DNA of 64,000 nt from Tubulanus polymorphus (GCF_964204645.1 NC_134027.1:19740560-19804559); one strand, 5' to 3'; counted from the first letter of the stretch, positions 1 through 13,050 are shown. The notes: a model not told the origin generated them from the sequence alone. Numbers and translations are program-made.

Positions 1-39
1 TGAATTCCAAGAGTGTTTATATCGTAATCGTAATCCCAG

Positions 40-850
40 GACTCCCCCCAGTCACTTGCATTAGAATCTGACTGGTCTGTGTCACTGTCTCCAAGATGAA
101 TAATAAACTTCTCAATCACTGTATCTAAGATTCCTTCGAGCACGATCATTTCATCTTCAACTTTGATGACATGATTGATATATTTGAGCCAGTCTGCCGC
201 AGTAACACCATCAATCGCTTCCATCAGCAAAATTTTCACGTCATCCAATTTAAAAGTAGTATCGTTTGATGAATAATACGATTTGATTTTAGCCCAAATC
301 ATCTCATTGGGTTTCAGTTTGCAGGGGTACGGAGGCAGTCTTAAAACATGGTGTCGATTTTCATCAGCCAGAACATCTATTCTATAGGATGATAGATATT
401 GTGGTTTGCGCTGAAGAATCTTTTTGTATAAGACTGGCTTCGGCATATCAGGAGCCCAAAAAATTGATTTTGACCTGAGCCAGACTTGCATGTCTTCTTA
501 GCTGGAATTCGCTCAGTTTGCACAAAATGGTAGCTGGCATTGTCCATAACGATAACACTATTCGGAGGCAGCTTTGGTAATAATTTCGCCGTGAACCAGC
601 GCTCAAAATTGTCTCCATTCATGTCTTGGTGGCATTCAGCATTTTTTCCACCAGATTTAAACACTAAATCAGCCACATCAACGAATCCATCAGTGCTGCC
701 AACTTGTAGAATGATTAGTCCTTTTCCAGTAGGGTCTTTCAAACTGCACGACAGTCCATTATTTTTGTGTCGTACCATATCTTATCTGGAACTGATCCTG
801 CATTTAACCAAGTCTCGTGCAAATAATATATATTTCTACCTTCACACCTG
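40..850 (-). pseudogene. Decayed IS630/Tc1/mariner-superfamily DDE transposase, catalytic half (long D-E spacer, Sailor/DD82E-like)
   Basis: ORF 377..778 has 'PTGKG.IIL..GS..GF', 'HQDMN..NFERWF...LLP.LPPNSVIVMDNASYH'. After a frameshift the minus strand continues 'HVLRLPPYPCKLKPNEMIWAKIK'. D-to-E spacing is about 79 codons. Ends approximate. Confidence 0.8.
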
Positions 851-1812
851 AATTGTTATACGTCCCTTAGATATTTATAGTGCCAGCTTACGATTTCATC
901 CTTTCAATCAGTAGAGAATACCTGCTTCTTTTTGGTTTACCTTTGTCATCGATATGATGTTGGCATTGAGCCAATTCATGTAAAATCGCGGTACGTTTTT
1001 TATGTGAGCATTTGTTTTATTGGTTCTCGGTTTAAACGACGTATAATCGATGCGATTGAAGACATGGCGAACCTCCATCGATGACATGGTCAACTGAGTT
1101 AAAATTCTACGAAAAGCTGTTTTTGGCGGAAAAATTCTTAGCTCTCGCGTATGAAATTGCAATGACCTCGATTGGGGGGCGTCGTCTCTACGAGCGAATG
1201 GGATTGGCTGTTTCGGGGATATACGGGGAATACACGGAGAATTTCCGGCGCTACTAAAATAATTATGGGAAAGCCATAGAATGGCTTACGTTTCATTTAG
1301 GAGCCGTATACGTGCGAATTTCAAATTCTCATTGCTGGTGAGGATGTAGTTATTTCACACATCTGCCATAGGTATTGTTTCATTTTAATACTTGGTAATT
1401 GTTTTGATTGACATTGAAGTGTAATCAAACATTCACTTACACGAGGCCTCCACGTGTGCGGAGTGCTACACGACACACACACACAAGCTCGGACAGTACA
1501 CTACTAAAGGTGATGCTGTAACGTGTGCACGTTTGACATGAAAATAGGCTGAATAATCGCAGCAGAAGATGGGCGCTGTTTTCTGTTTTATAGAATTAGT
1601 AATAAATTGTAATTTCTTGTGACCTGAAAATATTAAGCAGCAAACTACTAGTATAGTTCGAGGTCTGAATAATGTAGTGGTAAATTCCAGGATTTAAAAC
1701 GATCTAATAGCCGATTTCTTCTGTACCGGTATTTTAACTTCCGCGGCCAACATTGGAAAAGGTTTCCAAGACCCAATATTCAGCCACTGATATGTGACAT
1801 CATATGAATTTT

Positions 1813-2356
1813 AGGCCATCCCATATTAATGGTCTGTTTGCCGTAACCCGACCGACCCGAATTCAAAGGGACCGAGTGAAAACTTTTTTTCTGCGATTCA
1901 TTGTAATAAATTTTTTTTTTGATAAAAAGGGCCGACCGACCGACCCGACTATGAGCTACGTATGTTTGAATTCAAGTGTGCATCGTGTGAAAACATGCCT
2001 TGACATGTGGCCTAATTTAAGTTTTCCAGGAAACTGGCAGTGTTCCAATAAGCTGCCATTCATTTTCATAGTGACTATATTAAAGCTGGTAACGTAAAAG
2101 CTCGCACATATTCAATGTACTGTTTCATTTTTAACACAGCTATGACGCTCTGGACGAATAATTTTAGAATTATTCTCGAAATCTACGCTAATAGACAAAT
2201 TTCCCGTGCACAACCTGCGATATTGTTTCCATGTAAAATAGATGATTAATTTTTTTTTGCCAAAATTTATGCAAAAAAAATTCTACCTACCTACCGACTC
2301 ATCTTGAAAAGTTGAGTCGGTGTTACGGCAAACAGATAATTATTTTGGGATGGCCC
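1813..2356. mobile_element. MITE with ~35-bp imperfect terminal inverted repeats
   Basis: ggccatccca-tattaat..ctgtttgccgtaac (1814-1847) is inverted at gttacggcaaacaga..tattttgggatggcc (2322-2355). Internal ccga/ccta microrepeats; no coding capacity. Confidence 0.7.
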
Positions 2357-4939
2357 TTTTTGAATATTTTTTTTCATATTGTGATACATAGAATAGTTTC
2401 CCTGCCGCGCCTACCCGACCCTACAAAATTTTTGGACGTGGACCGTAACCAAATGTATATCTTTGGTCTTATTTGACTACAAAATAATTCTAAAAAGATA
2501 AAATACAATATAAACTTGTGGAACTGTAGCGTTTCGTAGTTAGAATACATTAACAATTTAGCATGTTTCTTCATCCACATAGTACCTGAAAATACTCACC
2601 GGGCGAGTGTGTGCACTCACTCGCACCAGAGTCGATCATAGCGGTAGCGTGATCCTCTTATATGTCCTCAGAGTGTATATATGTAAATGTGTACTTATGT
2701 AATAGATGTATGTAAAATGGCGCCGCTACAAAGGGTCCGCCTGTGTCACGTAAACAACGGGAAAGATGTTTATGAAGGGGTCTACGACCACCACAGGAAG
2801 TTATGTTTGTGTGTAGAATAATAAATGACTCTCAGGCTTAACTCGACCTAGCACACGAGTAAGCAATTCCCGCAACCCCGGGTGTAGATTGCTGATAGAT
2901 CCAGGAACGTAACGACTGGGTCGATTCGAAAACTATCCTCCGGGAACTAAGGATCGGGCCCAACCCTATGTTAGAACCTACAGATAGCGATGCGCACCCT
3001 TCTGTTCACCCAATAACATACGACCTCGTAGTTATACATGAACCCGAATCGACCGTATCACACACCACGTCACCCACCCCCGACGTGGAATTTCCTCGCT
3101 TGAGCCTAAATTGGATAGCGGAATAAACAGAAACCGCCCGTCACCCGAACGGGATTGCACTACGTTCCGCTGGACTCTACCATTTCTGAGAGTAAGCCTC
3201 TATACAGACCATGGACGCTCCGACCAACTCCACGGTTTTACTACCCAACATCTATTACTAAATCGTTAATACCATTACGTGCTGCGACAGCAGCTTTTAT
3301 TCGTCTATCAGAAACTGACATACGTCATGCTCAAATACAAGACAGGTTCATACTCCACAAATGCTTACATACTTACAAAGGGAAAAGATAATGCGATTGA
3401 CACATGCTGTTACGCTTCAAACTTATACAACGAACATATAGACCGCGAACATTATACCTATATAAAATTTATTGAAACTTAAAGATACGCGCCTGAAAGC
3501 TGGTCTTAAGGACCTATACCACACATACATGAAGGCAGAATAATAGTTTGATAAAGCTATAAGCACAAGTAATGGTCAAACCCGTCTCTATATACTTAAG
3601 TATAAACGGGGAGAAACACAAGAACCCAAGGCCTGGTATCAAGAATCCATACCTAATACATAAGTATTGACGGATTATATATAGTTCAACGATCCTAAGG
3701 ACAAACGAGAAACACAGGGCCCGTCAATAATACATAAGTATGGACGGTAAACGTAATGCCCAATGGCTTATGGCCATAGGTGAGGAAATCGTACTATGAT
3801 TTTGCCGTAGCTTAATGCTTAACAAAGAGTAATACTCAAGACTAGTAACGTATTTACAGTAAGGGGGATTCTGTGGGCCTGAGGCCCTTAATTTCTAACT
3901 CAGAAAGAAGGAACAGAGACGAACGGGTACAAGACCCGAAACGCCGCCAGGCGGCGCTGTCCCGGACCGACTTACATCTTAAAGACGTTCTCCGAGTAAC
4001 TAACTGAAAGAGAAAAACTGCGCGCCTTATATTCTGATATTGCCGACTCCGATGTGTTGCATCTTTACTCCGCGTCGCTTCACTGGTCGCTCAACAATGG
4101 CCGCCCCGTCGGATGTGCTTCCTAGGATTCTTCCGAGCCGCTTTGCTGCTGAACTACGTTGTCTTCTTATCGAAGTAATATACCATTAAAAAGGTTGGAA
4201 CTTGTACTTTCCGATGATATGAAATTCGTGTCAGATAGTTCGGTCGTAAAGACAAGTGAGGTCCCGAAAGGCTGTCGTCATGCGTGACCGCGTTCGAGAT
4301 CGCAGGTTCAACCGTCGAATACTCATTAGCTTTAAGGCACGAAGGTGCCGAAATCATCTTCTAGATTTGTAATAATGATAATTATCTAAGAACTTAATTT
4401 ATGTGACTAAATACTAAGGTGATATGTTATGGTGACAGTAACAAGACGTCATCGTAGAAACTTTAACTCTTCCGCTTATCGAGCGGATCATGTGGCCGGA
4501 CCGGAAGTAAACAAACCGGCGAAATCGGTTCATCTACCAAACTACAACTCGTGTCGCCTAAAAAAACGATGACATTAGTAGATGCTTTCACCGAGTCAGG
4601 ACTTTATATTCCTCTTTCAAACGGTATCGTACATGATGACTTTCGATAATTATTTAGTGTGTAAAAGGCGAGATAAATACAGCGGCGGTACTATTTACCA
4701 CCGGGAACAATTTCGGGACTAAGGAGCCGCGGGTTATCGCCGGAGTTGAAGTAAGGGGAAATGTATCTTCTGCACGGTCGCTGATAACCAAGGGGATAGA
4801 GGTATCTGTCTTGAGAAATGAAATTTTGTTACAGAACTTTGAAGTCACGAATTTAAAAAAAAGATTTTTCAAGCAATGCCCTTATTCCAATCAACCTCTA
4901 GCTTTCAAGGTAAACCACACTTTGCCCATGGGCAATTTA

Positions 4940-5230
4940 TTTTTAATTTGAAGCCAATTTCTCGCAAAATTCTATGTAGTGATGTCCTGAATATATTAGG
5001 TAATGTGTCATCGTTTTTAATTTTCTGGAGCACTTTATTTAAATTTGGAGGCTCCTTTGCGTGGAAAAAAATCGTGAACTTTCTGTCAGATTGCAGATAG
5101 CACAATTTCGTTCACAACTAATTTGGTACAATGTTTCAGCTTCTCAGATTTTGGCCTGCCTGGTGTTGCCACTTTTCCATTTCTTTATGCTCTTTCTTTG
5201 CACTGTTGCACTGAACACTCACTAACACCG
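4940..5230 (-). pseudogene. N-terminal DNA-binding fragment of a Tc1-like transposase
   Basis: 'KEPPNLNKVLQKIKNDDTLPNIFRTSLHRILREIGFK' resembles the HTH region that precedes the DDE domain in the family seen at 40-850. Confidence 0.55.
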
Positions 5231-7729
5231 GTCCCAGACGTTTAGGATCACTGTTCTCTCTTTACTCGTAAATCGGTGTTTTTTGCTATTGTTATTTAAA
5301 TCCAGTAGATAAAGATGGTGTAGCAGGGCCAGCATCATATATTGAAGGATCAAGAAAAAAATAAATCCACAGGAACAAAGAGAAACCCTTTTTTAGACTC
5401 CAATGTTGCTATGAGCAGTACATAGCTGAGTCTGAGGAATTCTGACCCTGGTTCCACCTATAAACCCAATCTAAAAGGATTGTGATTAGATCCATGTGTA
5501 GAGGGCTCAGACAATGGATAATAAAGAGTAATTAGTGTTACCATTAAGTATCTCAGCAAACATAATGGTTTGGTGATTTTAAAAAACTGCGAACAAAGCT
5601 TATGTACTATAGATTTTGAATGTGACTATGAAAATCTTCATCTATCATTTGATGAATTATTTATACGCAAATCAAATCTGTGTGCAACATGAAATGATAA
5701 TTCTTAAAATGAAACTAAAAATTCAAGAAAGGATTAAGTCAAAAATGACCAGTTGATGGGATATTATTCACTCTTGAAAGCAGTAGTCGCTTGAACTCAA
5801 TTCCTCTGAAGACTGAGCGATAGAAACCACAGGGATCCTGATGTGTTATGATAACAACTTTTTGATGCATCGCGGTCATAACCTCTGGGATAGACTTTAG
5901 AGCTGAAACACCAAAGAACAAACAATCACTAAAGAGTGAAAACAGTTCAGCTTCACTGGTTGACAAATCTGCTCATTTCTTTCCTTGACCCACAACTGAT
6001 AGTCCACCGTTGAGACAAGCAAGACAAAGCGGACGACCTGTCGAAATGATGTCAGCGTAACGAAAATGAGTATGACTCATTTTTGTTCAAGTGCTCGCTC
6101 AATAGGTTTCGAACTTACTTAATTTGAGGCAGTTTTTGGGGACAGAAGCAGTGAAAGTTGCTTCTTGTTTTATCTAATATTTCAAACATATTTTTGGGTA
6201 GCTTCCTGAAATGCTTTCATCAGTAAATCCGCTGTTTCTTGCATCGTACAATTTAGGACGCAATTTGTACATGTACAGGAAAAACCCCGATTTACCGCCC
6301 CTGGCATACCGCCACTGCCAACTTAATCTCCTTACAATCCTTTACAAATGTATTACAATATTTCCCGACTTGTTGCCATCGTAAAAGTTGAGTAACTTGA
6401 TCTCTAATAATATTATGATACGCCACCATAAAACGATACCGATGACCTGGTTCATCGATCCCATGACCACCTCACTTTGTTGCAAGTCTAGTCCACCAGT
6501 AAGTTATGGTAATTAAAACTATTTCATTAGATGGCACGGACACCGAAACCAATTGAATTAGCGGTAAAAGATAAAAGGAAGGAATAAAGATCTATCGCAA
6601 TAGAAAATGGCTGACCATTATTTTACATACGATGGAATAAGACAGTGATTTACAGCGATATATGCATTAAAGGCGGCGTACAGTGGCGTGTCTATTTACA
6701 AATCGATCTGCAGCGATTGGTATCGTAGTATGAACAATAAATGTTGCATGTGATATGATTCCTATTCTAGCCTACGATGTTTTCCTGATGATGTGCCCCG
6801 ATGTTATGTAAAAAGTTATTAATTGTAAAAGGATGTTTTTTTTCAGATTTTTTTCTATATTCATCACATTAATATACATCGTAGCCTACTGTGCAGATAA
6901 TAGGTTAGTTATTTAAGTGACTTGACATAAACCCCGATATACCGTCACACTCTATTTACCGCCAAAATCAGGAATCCCCAAGGGTGGCGTTAAATCGAGG
7001 TATGACTGTACTTCCGTACCATATTTCTATGAAACATTTTGTTCAAATAGATTTCTTTTGTCATCATATCATAGATAAGAAGTAGTTATCTTTTTCTTTA
7101 TGGAAAATGGCTCTATTTTGAGGATTACTTTTTTTCCAGGCTGCGATTCCAGAAATTTTTCCATGGTACTTCCAAATCCAAGATGGCTGACATTGGTCAC
7201 ATGACCTCAACGCACCAATCTGAACCATGGAAAATTATTCTATAATGTAGCCCTGATTCATATCTCAAATTTGGTATATAGTTTGTTTATTTAGGTTGAG
7301 TAGTTTCTGAGTAATGACAAGTTAACTGGAGACACTAGTATCACCCAAAAATCATTGTCAGTCTTATACCATATAGAATGGCCAGTACTGAAAGGGTGAA
7401 GTGATTTAAATAGTTTAAGTTAATATCTTCTTCCATACCTTCCAGATTTCAACATTTGGGAATGATTATTTCCATTACTGATAGCATGAAGTGCGCTTTA
7501 AGTATGCCAGGTTATGTTGATCTCGGTTCTTCCATTTTATCAGCCTTGTGGGTTGCATGCTAAGCATTTTCGTTCAGGTATTTCTAACCAAGCCGATGCT
7601 TCGACTTTGACAGCTGTTTTTGAACATGCCCCCACCCTCACAAGGCTTTTCCTTGAATGAACATCGCTCAGTGTCACTGCATGAATACTCCGAGCCATCA
7701 GCCAAGCCTCGCACACCTTTCACTGTATA

Positions 7730-8193
7730 GAAATTAGAAGAAATAGAAAGAAATAAAACGTGTCAATATTGTAATAAGAAAATTTAACATGTTGATGAAA
7801 ATACTTATTATAAATCAAAATTACATCTAATTAATGTTTATAAAAATGAAAGTATGACACCATTGTTGAATAACCCAAAGAAATATATCAAATATTTTCT
7901 ATAAGTTGTTATTTGATAAATTATTAGCTTATGCAGAAGATAATCCTAAACAAATATATAAATTATTATATTCGAGAAAAATAGATTTAAGTTATCTAAC
8001 AAAAAATTTTGGATATCATTTTGATATCTATTTTGATGAATACTTTGAAAAATTAAGAAAAGAAGGTAAGATACATACTAATTATTATTATCTGATGGCT
8101 CAACTAAAATTAATAAATCTACCTAAGTATTATTATGAATTAGATATAAACCAAGATGATTTTATAAATTTATTAGAAACAAAATTAGAATAA
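7730..8193 (+). pseudogene. Fragment of a Polinton zinc-finger protein
   Basis: 'KTCQYCNKK...KSKLH' lies upstream of ORF 7906..8193 and resembles the CxxC..H fingers of 61285..62598. Confidence 0.4.
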
Positions 8194-8195
8194 TT

Positions 8196-8720
8196 ATTAT
8201 AAAACTAATTTATATATCTATGTACTAGACGTACGTAAGAATCCAAGAATCCAAGAAAGTAAGAATTCTTACTTTCTTACTCATACGTCTAGTACATACA
8301 TATATAAATAAGTTTTTATAAACATTAAAAATATAAATTATTCATTGAAGTATAGAAATAGTTATAACATAATCTATTTTTATTTTTATTGAGTGAAAAC
8401 ATATAATTTATTCATTTTTATTTATTTCATTTAATAATTTATATTTGTAATTATTATAAATATAAATTATATATATATATATATATTTGTACCCCTGTGT
8501 AAACGTAAATTATAAACATAGTTTTAATATGTAATTTATTCATTACATTATTATATATTTCATTTAATAATCTATATTTATAATTTTTATAAAAACTAAT
8601 TTATATATCTATATACTAGACGTATGAATAAGAATCCAAGAATTCTTACTTTCTTAGCAAGAATCTTGGTTTCTTACTCATACGTCTAGTACTTAGATAT
8701 ATGAATAGTTATTCTATAAA
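8196..8720. repeat. Two related imperfect palindromes (~125 bp each; 8196-8322 and ~8585-8720)
   Basis: Arms tatatatcta-tgtactagacgta ... tacgtctagtac-atacatatata surround aagaattctt / aagaatcc subrepeats. Confidence 0.75.
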
Positions 8721-9319
8721 TTTATATTCATAGGGATATTGTAGTCTCAGACGTAATTTTGAACCTTAATTATTCTTTAATTTATTCATATATTCATCAT
8801 GTAATTCAGTAGGTATAATTTGATTTTCTTCCAAAGATTGTTGCATCGATTTTCTATCTTTATTATAGAATAAAACTAAAAATCTTATGTTTTCTCTAAA
8901 ATCTTTAACAATTGAATTACATTTTTGATTTAAAACCCATGTTGTTATCCCAAAATGTCTACCAGAGAAAGCTAAATAGCATAACTCACTTTCTCTAACT
9001 TTTGAATCATGTAAATTTGCACAATCATCAATAATGAATAATGTATTTGATCCTTTATAAATATCAATTGCTATGTTTATACAATTATCTAAATTTTCTT
9101 TTACTGTTTTAGGATCTAATATAATAAACTTTTTTATCTTAACTATATCCCTATTATACGTTTTATTTATTTCATAAGTAGGGCAGAATAATATTGTATT
9201 ATCAAATGATTCTTATAAATAGTTTCTGACAAATCTAATATGAAATGTGTTTTACCACTGTTGGTTACTCCAGTAACTAAAATATTATGCAGTTCAAATA
9301 TAAATAAATCTTTGTTCAT
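8709..9319 (-). pseudogene. Polinton packaging ATPase (A32/FtsK-HerA type), frameshifted
   Basis: Minus strand reads MNKDLFIFE..NILVTGVTNSGKT (Walker A) and LFIIDDCANLHDSKVRESELCYLAFSGRHFG. Close homolog of 53118..53726. Confidence 0.9.
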
Positions 9320-10564
9320 TTATTCTTTCAATTTTACTAGATAAAATCCATTCATTAAATTTATCATCGTACCCTTTATATTTCACCAGAGAATACTTTT
9401 TTCCTTTAAGAGATTTTGTTTTCAATACTTTTTCTATTTTATATTCTATATCATCTGGATTTGGCACAAGTGATAATTCTTGTTCATAGAAATAACCTAA
9501 TACTTCTTCATCTTTTAAATCTTCTAATTTATAAACAAAAGGTTTAGTTAATATTATCTGTTTAATCTTGAATATTTCTTCGGTAAAATTTGGAGTATAA
9601 CCTTTATAAAATGTTTTTCGATATTTAGATATTCTTACATGTTGTCCTATTTTAAATTTAGGTTCTCAAAAATCATGTGTAACAAATGCTCCATATAAAT
9701 TATTCCAAACTATTTCTGAATTATCTTCTTTTCTAGCTTGTATCGGTTTCGTACCAATACTTGAATGTTTAGAATTATTATAACCTTTCACTAAATCATC
9801 TAATACATCTATATATTTATATGTTTCATTAGCAGTAAAATTTTTCCGCATTCTAGTTTTCAATGTTTTATTAAATCTTTCTATAATAGATGCTTTTTTA
9901 TCTGAGTGTGTTGAAAAATACTCTAAATCGTTATCAGATAATAATTTTTCAAAATGTTTATTATAAAATTCCTTACCTTCATCAAATTGTATCTTATCTG
10001 GGATAGCTTCTTTAAATATATTTCTAAAAGCATTAGTAACTTCTATACCTGTTTTATTTTTGATTGGTATTGACCATGCGTATCTACTGAATATATCTAT
10101 AACATTTACTATCCAAAAATAGCCTTTGTTGTATCCTTCTAAGTTCTTCATGTCAATTAAATCCGCTTGCCATTGTTGATCAATATATGAAACAATTTCT
10201 TTTCTTGTTAAATAATTCTTATCCATTTTCTTATGGATTTGATATGTTGGTTGATTTTGTAACCATTATCATAATTCACTATATTTTATATTTTCTTTAT
10301 CAGATTTAATTTTATCCCATAATTCTGTAACACTAGTATATGATACTTCACTCTCGTAACTTTTCTTGTTAAATAAGTTTTATCCATTTTCTTGTGGATT
10401 TGATATGTTGGTTGATTTTGTAACCATGATTTCAATTCACTATATTTTATATTACCATTTTCCTTATCAGATTTAATTTTACCCCATAATTCTGTAACGT
10501 TAGAATATGATACTTCACTTTCTGGGTTATAATATAAATCTCTTAAATATTGTTCTTTTTTCAT
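9320..10564 (-). pseudogene. Polinton retroviral-like (rve) integrase with C-terminal chromodomain, disrupted
   Basis: ORFs 9666..10226 and 10286..10564: 'QWQADLIDM', 'IDIFSRYAW', 'QFDEGKEF', 'IERFNKTLK'. Tail 'YKIEKVLKTK..GKKYSLVKYKGYDDKFNEWI'. Diverged ~160-bp tandem duplication (about 10196-10352 / 10359-10520). Confidence 0.92.
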
Positions 10565-10570
10565 CTTCTT

Positions 10571-10930
10571 TTAATCAATTAATAATAATCTTGGTTTATT
10601 TTCAATGACTTTATCATTTAACTTATTTTCTGGTATAAAAGGTTTATTATTATCATCATCTTTATCATCAGATTTATACTTATATTCATGTATTACACCG
10701 GAGAATATAATAACTGTTACTAATCCAATTGTAATATATAATTTATTATTACTTCCAGCATTAGAAGCATTAGATGAATTATTATTTGAATCAATAACAG
10801 ATAATTTCTGTGATTCATTTATATCAGTTAATTTCTTTTTCTTGGCTCTTTTTAATTCTGCCGATCTTTTACCCAATTCCCTTGCCCATTTAATTTGTTT
10901 CTCAGATCTAGGCTTAACATCTTCACTCAT
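10571..10930 (-). CDS. Polinton small basic single-TM protein
   Basis: 'KPRSEKQIKWARELG.RS.E.K' plus a hydrophobic segment; homolog of 52045..52413. Confidence 0.7.
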   Translation of the reverse strand: MSEDVKPRSEKQIKWARELGKRSAELKRAKKKKLTDINESQKLSVIDSNNNSSNASNAGSNNKLYITIGLVTVIIFSGVIHEYKYKSDDKDDDNNKPFIPENKLNDKVIENKPRLLLID

Positions 10931-10943
10931 TTATTTTAGTTAA

Positions 10944-11514
10944 TTATTGTTCCGAGTCAATATCTTCTGATTTATTTTTATCTTTATATTCTATAGGTTT
11001 GATATTAGAAAATGTTATAACTCCGGTGGAAATTAATGTCATAATTCCTCCTAATTGGAATGAAGCGTATCCGACCCATTTTTGAAGTTCTGTCATAACT
11101 AAATAATCATTTTTTAAATCACTATATAATTTATTTTTCATCATCAATTGGTATAATCCGGTTACATAACTTAGAGTAAAATTTTACTATTCCATCACTT
11201 AAAGAATCATTTATTCTAGCTAATCTAGCTTCTTCATATATTTTGAAATGTTTTATTACTTTATCTGGTTTCATGGCATCTAATTCTTGAAAAGTTATCA
11301 TTTTCCCCAGGAAATCCTTAGATTTTCCACCAGCAATCAATAATTCACGATGGTGCTTACATGCCAAATCGTATTCATAATCAATATTATTAATAACTGG
11401 AGCACAATTAGTGGCTACATTATCATTATCATTTTCAACTTTAGCTTCGGTTAATCCTAAATCATCTAGTGTTTTTTCAATATCAATATTATTCTTATTC
11501 GATTTCCTTGACAT
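10944..11514 (-). pseudogene. Conserved Polinton hypothetical protein (frameshifted)
   Basis: Two ORF halves align with 52346..52951 (IEKTLDDLG; LYSDLKNDYLVMTEL.KW.GY.SFQLGG). Confidence 0.8.
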
Positions 11515-11814
11515 TTATATTAGAGAAAAAGTGAAAAGAAATATTATTCTCATTCTTCAAATGGTACTAGTTAGTTAAGTTATTGATAGTAAATTGACTA
11601 GGTTAGTTTAAGTTAAAGAATTTCTATTCAAATCTATTCAAAATATAAAATATTCTCTTTTTGAAAAGAAATATTAGAATTTTAATAAAATTAAAATTAA
11701 AATAATGGCTAGTTGAAGGTATGTAATTTTTAATATATTTTATTTGCATTCTATTTGATATCTCACTACTTTGGTCTATCTATAGGAGCAGTAACTATAA
11801 CGGTCCAGATAAGT

Positions 11815-12486
11815 CATTTCGGATCCTTGATATCAAATTCCTCAACGTATTGTTCATTATTTGGATCATTGTTCCATAATTCAATGAATTTCTTTGCTTT
11901 ATCTAATTGATCCAAATATAACTGAAAGTCTAGTTTATTAGATTTAATTATATTTCTTCTTTTCAAGAGGCCTTACATTTCTCCAATTCCATATTAACTT
12001 CTGATTGTATTCATCATTCATGTTAAATTTAGAAATCGGCAACACATGATCAATATGAAAGTATTCACCATAGTTTTTTTCATTCATTTTATCGTCGAAT
12101 TGATATACAATCCATGATTTGAGAAATTCATCTGAACACCCCAATAAATTAGATAGTGTAACTGAATGCGCTTCTTTACTGAATAATTGTGATAATCTAT
12201 TACCTAGACATTGTTTCATTTTAAAATTAAAATCTGCTTGATATCTTTCTTTATGATATTTATTTTGATACGCTTTAACGCGTTCTGGATTATTTTCCTT
12301 CCATTGCTTAATTCTATCGTTGCGTACTTCAATATTATCTCTATAATATTGTTGATTATTCTGATTATAACAGCTTTTGCAATTATGACGTAAACCATCT
12401 TTACCAATCTTACGTTTATAATAATCTGTAAATGGCTTACTTATTTTACATTTGCAACATGTCTTCTGATATATATATATATTCAT
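11815..12486 (-). CDS. Free-standing HNH endonuclease with N-terminal CxxC zinc ribbon (frameshift near the 3' end)
   Basis: 'KTCCKCK..KP..DYYK....KDGL...CKSC', 'LLGCS..FLK.WI..QF...M...NYG..HIDHVLPISKF', 'WNWRNVRPL'. A shifted frame continues to ...EFDIKDPK*. Confidence 0.8.
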
Positions 12487-12599
12487 AACTCTATTTGTAA
12501 TATTGATAGTTTGTAATTGTTCCTTGTTAAATTGATTAACACGTTATAATCCTGTTCATTATTTCCTTTTCTTTCTCTTCTTCTCTTTTAAATTTTAGA

Positions 12600-13050
12600 T
12601 ATTCTTCTAAATTTCAACCATAAGCAACTGTGTGTATACCATCATTCAGAATATATCTTTTATCATCGAATGGGTTTAGACTAACCTTTTCAATTTCTTC
12701 AATAAACATCTCGTGGTACTCAGATCTTAAACATTTCATCTTGTGTTTTCTAACTTCTTCATTGAATAAACAATTGATGTAATCTTTGAAATGAATATTT
12801 TTTTCTACTACACTTTTGGTTATTCCTTTTAACTTTTAAGCTTCATGAGTTTTAGGTCTATAACTATACATTTTAGATCTAATACCTGTAAATTCTATCA
12901 TTTCTTCACCTCCTAATTCATCTTTGAATTTACCTGGCACCTTTTTATTATCATTGTTAAACAATTCATGATTTTTAGGATAATTACTGAAATCAAAATG
13001 ATGTTTTAATGTTTTTAAATCATCTCTTATGTTATTAGTTTTTAAATATT
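12600..13050 (-). pseudogene. C-terminal fragment of protein-primed DNA polymerase B
   Basis: Minus strand reads LKHHFDFSNYPKNHELF..NKKVPGKFKDELGG..IRSKMYSY..KLKGI..LRSE.HE..LNPFDDKRY, with internal stops. Homolog of 62595-63050. Confidence 0.9.

Larger units (their letters stand above)
7730..13050 (-). mobile_element. Decayed Polinton/Maverick remnant (copy A)
   Basis: Abrupt very AT-rich block with homologs of the ATPase, integrase, two small conserved genes and the pPolB C-terminus of the element at 50362-64000. Many stops and frameshifts. Confidence 0.9.

Noticed and set aside
2690-4440. Possible LTR plus internal region of another retroelement
   Set aside because: There is a TGT start, aaaatggcg and aataaa, but no partner LTR, convincing PBS or protein motif.
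11791-11806. gtaactataacggtcc, matching part of the 23S rRNA I-CeuI site
   Set aside because: Only 16 nt with no rRNA context, and it falls in the variable part of the element, absent from the second copy. Treated as coincidence.
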